Shown here in pieces: positions 58,575-64,000 of a stretch of DNA of 64,000 nt (its first letter is position 1; the number at the start of each line of letters is the position of its first letter). This stretch comes from an uncultured Thiotrichales bacterium. GTDB lineage: Bacteria > Pseudomonadota > Gammaproteobacteria > UWMA-0217. Location: the NCBI GenBank assembly GCA_964430355.1, contig CAYSFW010000089.1:81750-145749 (forward strand), in the 5' to 3' direction. Both the position numbers and the translations under genes were made by a program. The notes beneath the pieces were generated by a model. That model ran no database searches, was not told the DNA's origin, and saw nothing but the letters and a program-made list of their open reading frames with translations.

Positions 58575-60791
58575 TTACTTGTATAGCACCGTCGGCAGCC
58601 ACAGGCCGATCTGCGGCCAGATGTAGAGCAACGCCATCGCGATGACCTGAATCACCATGAACGGCATCATGCCGGCAAAGATCTGGCTCAGTGTCACATG
58701 CGGCGGCGACACGCCCTTCAGGTAGAACGCCGCCATCGCCACCGGCGGCGAGAGGAAGGCGGTTTGCAGGTTGAGCGCGACCAGCAGGCCGAAGAACAGC
58801 GGGTCGATGTTGAAGTGCTCCAGCAGTGGAATGAAGATCGGCATGAAGATCACGATGATCTCGGTCCACTCGAGCGGCCAGCCGAGGATGAAGATGATCA
58901 CCTGCGAGAGCAGCAGGAACTCGACCGGCGTGAGGTTGAGCGACAGCACCCAGCGTTCGATGATCTCCTGCCCGCCGAGCAGGGCGAAGGCCGCGGAGAA
59001 GATGCTCGACCCGACGAACAGCCAGCACACCATCGCCGAGGTGCGGGCGGTGAGGTAGGCCGACTCGCGCAGGGTCGGCAACAGGTTCATCTGGATGACC
59101 GCGAGCACGCTCCAGATGCCAAAGGCCGCCATCGAGACCATGCCCAGCCACACCGGCGGTCCCGCGGCGCGCACCTCGAAGCGGTACAGTGCGAACCAGG
59201 CAATCGAGGCACCAAACAGCAGCCACAGCGGAAGCCACAGGGCGAGCACCCGCGCGCGCGTGCCGCCCGGTCTGCCCAGCAGCACGTAGAACGCGGCCAG
59301 CACGAAACCGCCCAGCGCGCCGACCGCCGCGGCCTCTGTTGGCGTGGCAAGCCCGAAGACGATGGTCCCCAGCACCGCGAGAATCATCAGCGCCAGCGGG
59401 AAGAACGATCCGAGCAGCATGCGGAAGATTTCGAGGCGCGGGAAGGTCATCCAGCCGTACACCAGCCCGATCAACGCCAGACCCAGCGCGAGCACGACCC
59501 AGTAGGCCGTGGGTGTCGTCAGGCGCGCGGGCGCGGCCGGCGACGGGGTGGCAGCGCCGCTCGCGGGGCTGGCCAGTGGTTCTGCGGGGGCCGCGCCGGG
59601 CGGTTCCTGAACCCCGACGGCGCCCGGTGGTTCCTGCAGGCCAGAGGCATTAGGGGGCTCGCGGAGCGCAGCCTCGGCCGACGGTTCGGTGACGCCCGCG
59701 GCATCGGGCGGTTCCTGGATGCCGGGTGCAGCAGGCGGCTCCTGCACCCCGGGTGCCAGCGCGAGGCCGCTGCTCGAACCTCGCGCCTGTGGCCCGTCTA
59801 CTGCGCCCATCTCCTGCAGGCCGGAAAAATCGCCCTCGATGTCGGGTTTCGTCAGCGAGTGCCAGACGAGCCCCATGAGCAGAACAAACGTCAGCGCGGG
59901 CAGCAGCGTGGTGAACAGTTCGCCGGCGATCAGGCGGTGCGAAACGCCCGTGTGGCTGTGGTTACCTAGCGCCCGCAACAGGGCCGGCAGGACCCGCCGC
60001 CCGTGCGCCGCTTCGATCCGGCGGTTGTAGGCCGGCACCTCGACGGCGCGCTCGGCTGCGGGCAGCGGCGGCGCCGACTCGGGCTTGAGCTTCGCCACGA
60101 GCATCACGTAGAGCACGTAGAGCAAGGCGAGCAGGAGACCCGGGAAAAACGCCCCGGCGTAGAGCTTGACCACCGACACACCGGCCGTCGCGCCATACAC
60201 GATCAGCATGACCGACGGGGGAATGAGGATGCCGAGGCAGCCCCCGGCGGTGATCGCGCCAGCGGAGAGCTTCACGCTGTAGCCCGCGCGCAGCATAGCC
60301 GGCAGCGCGAGCAGGCCCATCAAGGTCACCACCGCGCCGACGATGCCGGTGGCGGTGGCGAAGATCGCGCAGGTGACCAGCGTCGCCACCGCAAGCGACC
60401 CCGGCAGGAAGGCGAGCGCGAGGTGCAGGCTGCGGAACAGCTTTTCGATGAGGTTGGCGCGCTCGACCAGATACCCCATGAACACGAACAGCGGAATGGC
60501 GATCAGCACGTCGTTGGTCATCACGCCGTAGGTGCGCTGCACCATCAGGTCCAGCGTCTGGCGCGCGGCAATGTCGGAGTGCGTGCCGCCATAGGCGATC
60601 CAGGCGAAGAGCACGCCCATGCCCATCAGCGTGAAGGCGGTCGGGAAGCCGAGCATGATCGCCACCACCACCAGCGCGAGCATGAGCAGGCCGTAGTGGC
60701 CGTTGGTCATTTGGCCCCAGGGCATGATCCAGGCGACGGCGATGAGGATGATCGCCATCAGCGCAAAGCCGAAGCGCAGTTCCTTCTTCAC
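58575..60791 (-). CDS. dctM: TRAP transporter large permease (DctM family) with ~190-aa low-complexity insertion
   Basis: DctM-like TM core before and after residues ~250-440. The insert carries six 9-aa proline-rich repeats (PGVQEPPAA / PGIQEPPDA / SGLQEPPGA ...). Confidence 0.85.
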   Translation of the reverse strand: MKKELRFGFALMAIILIAVAWIMPWGQMTNGHYGLLMLALVVVAIMLGFPTAFTLMGMGVLFAWIAYGGTHSDIAARQTLDLMVQRTYGVMTNDVLIAIPLFVFMGYLVERANLIEKLFRSLHLALAFLPGSLAVATLVTCAIFATATGIVGAVVTLMGLLALPAMLRAGYSVKLSAGAITAGGCLGILIPPSVMLIVYGATAGVSVVKLYAGAFFPGLLLALLYVLYVMLVAKLKPESAPPLPAAERAVEVPAYNRRIEAAHGRRVLPALLRALGNHSHTGVSHRLIAGELFTTLLPALTFVLLMGLVWHSLTKPDIEGDFSGLQEMGAVDGPQARGSSSGLALAPGVQEPPAAPGIQEPPDAAGVTEPSAEAALREPPNASGLQEPPGAVGVQEPPGAAPAEPLASPASGAATPSPAAPARLTTPTAYWVVLALGLALIGLVYGWMTFPRLEIFRMLLGSFFPLALMILAVLGTIVFGLATPTEAAAVGALGGFVLAAFYVLLGRPGGTRARVLALWLPLWLLFGASIAWFALYRFEVRAAGPPVWLGMVSMAAFGIWSVLAVIQMNLLPTLRESAYLTARTSAMVCWLFVGSSIFSAAFALLGGQEIIERWVLSLNLTPVEFLLLSQVIIFILGWPLEWTEIIVIFMPIFIPLLEHFNIDPLFFGLLVALNLQTAFLSPPVAMAAFYLKGVSPPHVTLSQIFAGMMPFMVIQVIAMALLYIWPQIGLWLPTVLYK
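59580..59770 (-). repeat. In-frame 27-nt tandem repeats (GGYGGTTCCTG core) encoding the G-x-QEPP-x-A-x nonapeptide repeats of DctM
   Basis: Core recurs at ~59600, 59627, 59709 and 59736 with 27-nt periodicity. Confidence 0.65.
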
Positions 60792-61408
60792 GGGCGGTTC
60801 TCCTGCCGGACCACGTACTGGTCGAGCCGCGCGATGTCCTCGTCCTTGACGTGGACCATCTCCTTGAGCTTGTCGACGTCGACCTCCTCGACATCGGCGA
60901 CCCGCGAGGGCCAGCGGCCATCGCGCAGGCAGATCACGCAGCGCACGATCTCCACGAGCCCCTGCAGCAGCAGGAAGAAGGCCGCCGCCGGGATCATGAA
61001 CTTAAACGGGTAGAGCGGCAGCGGCTCTGGGCTGAAGGTCTGCTCACGGATCGCCAGCGACTCGCCGGCGTAGATCCACCCCGCGTAGGTCAAGGCAAAG
61101 ACACCGGGCAGGAAAAACACGAGATACAGGATCAGGTCGATCGTTGCCTGCGTGCGCGGCGCAAAGAAGCCATACAGCACGTCCCCGCGCACATGCCCGC
61201 CCTGTGCCAACGTGTAGGCGCCGGCCATCATGAACAGCACGCCATAGAGCATGATCTGGCCATCCAGCACCCAGGCGTGCGGCGTGTTGAGGACGTAGCG
61301 GGAGAACACCTCCCAGGAGATCAGTAGGGTCAAGGCCACGATCAGCCACGCGAAGAAGTGACCCACCAGCGCGCTGACCTTATCGATGAACAGCAAGAGT
61401 TTTTGCAT
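60788..61408 (-). CDS. dctQ: TRAP transporter small permease (DctQ family)
   Basis: Four-TM protein; 4-bp overlap with dctM. Carries a C-terminal acidic extension. Confidence 0.8.
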   Translation of the reverse strand: MQKLLLFIDKVSALVGHFFAWLIVALTLLISWEVFSRYVLNTPHAWVLDGQIMLYGVLFMMAGAYTLAQGGHVRGDVLYGFFAPRTQATIDLILYLVFFLPGVFALTYAGWIYAGESLAIREQTFSPEPLPLYPFKFMIPAAAFFLLLQGLVEIVRCVICLRDGRWPSRVADVEEVDVDKLKEMVHVKDEDIARLDQYVVRQENRP

Positions 61409-61488
61409 GACCGGGACTCAGGCGGCGAAACACAAAAAAGGCCGTCCAGTCCGTGACCAGACGGCCCGCCTTGGACCGATGGGTGCGC

Positions 61489-62637
61489 TTACCCCTTCGC
61501 GAAGAAGTGGTTGTAGGCCATCTTGTAATCGACGAGGGTGTCGTTCTGCCAGCGCGCCGCGCGTGCGGCGAAGGCACGCATGGAGTCCAACACCTTCTTG
61601 AACGACGGGTTCTCCGCACTCTTGGCCGCAGTGACCTTGTCCCAGATCTCGAGCTGCTTTTTCAGGATCGCGTCCGGGGTCTTGTAGAACTTCACGCCCT
61701 GCTGCTCGGCCATTTCCTTGTAGTCCTTGGAGTAGCGTTCGATCGCCTTCCAGGACATGTTGGCCGATGCCGCCTCCACGGCGTGCGCGATGATCGCCTT
61801 CTGGTCGGCGGTCAGCGCATCGTACTTTTTCTTGTTGAAGAGGATCTCGAACTGCTCGCTGCACTGGTGGAAGCTCTGCAGCATGCAGACCTTCGCAACA
61901 TCCGGGAAGCCGAGCACGCGGTCGGACGAGGCATTGTTGAACTCGGCAGCGTCGATCAGGCCGCGGTCGAGCGCCGGGACGATCTCGCCGCCCGGCAGCG
62001 GGTTCACGGCCACGCCCATCTCCTTGAAGATGTCCACGGCGAGGCCGACCGTGCGGAACTTCAGGCCATTGAGGTCCTCAACCTTGCTGACCGGCTTCTT
62101 GAACCAGCCGAGGGGTTGCGTCGGCATGGGGCCGTACAGGAACGACACCACATCGAGGTTCAGGCCGGCGTAGATTTCCTCCAGCAGCTGCTTGCCACCG
62201 CCGAAGTAGTGCCAGGCGAGCACCATGTTCGGGTCCATGCCAAAGGCCGGGCCCGACCCCCACAGGGCGACGGCGGAATTCTTGCCGTACCAATACGCGA
62301 CCACGCCATGGCCGCCATCGAGCGTGCCCTTGCTCACCGCGTCCAGGAGCTCGAACGCCTTGACGACAGAGCCGGCAGGCAGCACCTCGATGACCAGCTT
62401 GCCGTCGGCCATGTCGTTGACCCGCTGGGCGAAGTCGAGCGCGTATTCGTGGAAGATATCCTTTGCCGGCCAGGTGCTCTGGAAGCGCAGCTTCACTGGC
62501 TCCTCGGCCTTGACGATCATGGGAAAGCCCGCGGTCGCGCCGGCCACGGTCGCTGCTGCGGCGGCACCCAAGAACCTGCGTCTGGAGGGGTTCTCCGCGC
62601 GGGCTTCCGGGGTCGGGTTGGGGGTTTGGTCGGTCAT
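61489..62637 (-). CDS. dctP: TRAP transporter substrate-binding protein (DctP-type) with Tat signal
   Basis: SRRRFLGAAAAATVAGATAG twin-arginine signal. Internal ATG chosen over the track's long ORF. Confidence 0.85.
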   Translation of the reverse strand: MTDQTPNPTPEARAENPSRRRFLGAAAAATVAGATAGFPMIVKAEEPVKLRFQSTWPAKDIFHEYALDFAQRVNDMADGKLVIEVLPAGSVVKAFELLDAVSKGTLDGGHGVVAYWYGKNSAVALWGSGPAFGMDPNMVLAWHYFGGGKQLLEEIYAGLNLDVVSFLYGPMPTQPLGWFKKPVSKVEDLNGLKFRTVGLAVDIFKEMGVAVNPLPGGEIVPALDRGLIDAAEFNNASSDRVLGFPDVAKVCMLQSFHQCSEQFEILFNKKKYDALTADQKAIIAHAVEAASANMSWKAIERYSKDYKEMAEQQGVKFYKTPDAILKKQLEIWDKVTAAKSAENPSFKKVLDSMRAFAARAARWQNDTLVDYKMAYNHFFAKG

Positions 62638-62918
62638 GGTCCATCTCCTCGTTGTTGGTGGTGTTCGGTCGCGGGGAACCGGCCCCGCTGGCGGGACATC
62701 ACGGGGGTATAGGAGGCGTTTACTGGCTTTCAACCGCGCCCAGGCAATCGGCATCGCTATACTCCGAGGGTCGCTTCCGCTGCGTCTCTCCGTCATGGTC
62801 ACACCGTTCTGCCTCCCTCTCTCCTGGCCCTGTCTCGGGTGTTTGCGCCGTCGCCGGGGTGGGGGCCCGATCGGCGCCGCTCGCGACCGCAGGCGTAGCC
62901 TCGCACCGGACTGAACGC

Positions 62919-63674
62919 ATGAGCCTTGGCAACGCGCTGGCCGAAAGGCTTGGACTGCTCCGCTCGCTCGCGATCTATCGCGGCATCCCGGGCCGTGCGC
63001 GGCGTTTGTGGCGTTTCTACACGCCCTGGGTCAAGCCGGGCGACCTCTGCTTCGACATCGGCGCGCATGTCGGCAACCATGCGTCGTGCTGGCGCACCCT
63101 CGGCGCGCACGTCGTTGCGCTGGAGCCGCAGCCGCGGTTCGCGCGCTACCTACGCCATCGCTTCGCCGGCGACCCGCAGGTGACGGTGCTCGAGGCTGCC
63201 GTGGGCGCGGTGCCGGGGCGCGCCCAGCTCCAGTTGAGCCCGCTCACGCCGACGGTCAGCACCCTTGCCGCCGACTGGGCGCAGCGCGTCGCACAGGCCG
63301 AGAGTTTTCGCCGCGTGCGCTGGGAGCCCGGCCCCGAGGTCGAGGTCACGACGGTCGATGCGCTCGTCGCGCGCTATGGTGTCCCTGCCTACGTCAAGAT
63401 CGACGTCGAGGGCCACGAGGCCGAGGTGCTGCGTGGCCTCTCGCAGCCGCTTGCCGCGCTGTCCTTTGAGTTCATCCCTGCGACGATCGAAGCGGCCTGC
63501 GGATGTGTCGAGCGGCTCGCGAGCCTGGGCGAGTACCGCTTCAATTGGTCGATCGGCGAGCGCTACCAGCTGGAGGAGCCTGCGTGGCTGGGTGCCGCTG
63601 CGATGCGGGACCAGTTGGTGGGGATGGGGCGCGATGCGCCGTCGGGGGATGTCTACGCCCGCCTCGTGGACTGA
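62919..63674 (+). CDS. FkbM-family SAM-dependent methyltransferase
   Basis: DIGAHVGNHAS (FkbM glycine-rich motif) and VDALVARYGVPAYVKIDVEGHEAEVL. Confidence 0.75.
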   Translation: MSLGNALAERLGLLRSLAIYRGIPGRARRLWRFYTPWVKPGDLCFDIGAHVGNHASCWRTLGAHVVALEPQPRFARYLRHRFAGDPQVTVLEAAVGAVPGRAQLQLSPLTPTVSTLAADWAQRVAQAESFRRVRWEPGPEVEVTTVDALVARYGVPAYVKIDVEGHEAEVLRGLSQPLAALSFEFIPATIEAACGCVERLASLGEYRFNWSIGERYQLEEPAWLGAAAMRDQLVGMGRDAPSGDVYARLVD

Positions 63675-63682
63675 GCGGCCTT

Positions 63683-64000
63683 ATAGCGCGTCGAGCACGC
63701 GCACACTCACCTCGTGCATGGGGCCCAAGGCCTCGGCGGGGAGCTCGAGGCCCGGCTGAAATCCGGCTTGCTGCAAGGCCTCCAACAACGCGGCGTTGCG
63801 CGCGATGACGTGCACCGGCACCGTCCACGGCACGCCTTCCCCGGCGACGAGCGCGGGCGGCTGGTGGTCGCCGAGCAGGATGATGACCTGCGCGCGGTCG
63901 CGGGGCTGGCGGAGGTAGTCGGCAAGGAAGCGCAGCGTGTAGCCGATGGCTTCGACATAGGCCGGGCCAAGGTCGGTGAGCTCGGCTTCGCCAGCGAGCG
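63683..64000 (-). CDS. 3'-terminal part of a CDS (partial). Possibly alkaline-phosphatase-superfamily (sulfatase/phosphotransferase-like) C-terminus.
   Basis: Reverse-strand frame reads ...FLADYLRQPRDRAQVIILLGDHQPPALV...; the GDH block is reminiscent of sulfatase-family proteins. Runs off the window. Confidence 0.35.

Noticed and set aside
63707-63970. 87-aa minus-strand ORF from the six-frame track (MARPMSKPSAT...)
   Set aside because: Wrong frame. A different minus-strand frame gives a clean protein-like translation (…VIILLGDHQPP…) ending at 63683, annotated instead as a partial CDS.

Overview
This 64-kb window is a high-GC (roughly two-thirds G+C) chromosomal segment that looks gammaproteobacterial. 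Most of it is densely packed core-genome operons with many 4-bp start/stop overlaps. Recognisable blocks, in order: (1) fumC-hslR-NUDIX, purB, roxA-like and GNAT genes; (2) two lytic transglycosylases, msrB, an Atm1-type ABC exporter and ubiE-ubiJ-ubiB; (3) rlmI-lgt-thyA-folA; (4) a complete type IV pilus minor-pilin operon (fimT-pilV-pilW-pilX-pilY1-pilE); (5) the moxR-DUF58-DUF4381-batABCD aerotolerance operon; (6) exbB-exbD-tonB with a divergently transcribed 4-PAS soluble chemoreceptor; (7) pyrE, a torF-type porin with glnK-amtB behind a clear sigma-54 promoter, ubiK-comM, a CBS protein, an amidase and a dctPQM TRAP transporter. The least ordinary locus is at about 47.2-49.1 kb: a DUF692 (MNIO-family) enzyme translationally coupled to a DUF2063-like partner, but led by an 87-aa cytoplasmic CxxC/NifU-like protein rather than a recognisable RiPP precursor. 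That operon is bracketed by three copies of a ~95-bp hairpin-forming REP/MITE-like repeat and an upstream DUF2202 ferritin-like gene. Other notable features are a TRAP large permease with a ~190-aa insert of 9-aa proline-rich tandem repeats, an orphan 477-aa membrane/coiled-coil protein behind an AT-rich 450-bp leader, a TPR lipoprotein fused to a SPOR domain, and an unusually long PilY1 (1447 aa). No rRNA, tRNA, CRISPR arrays, integrases or transposases were seen.
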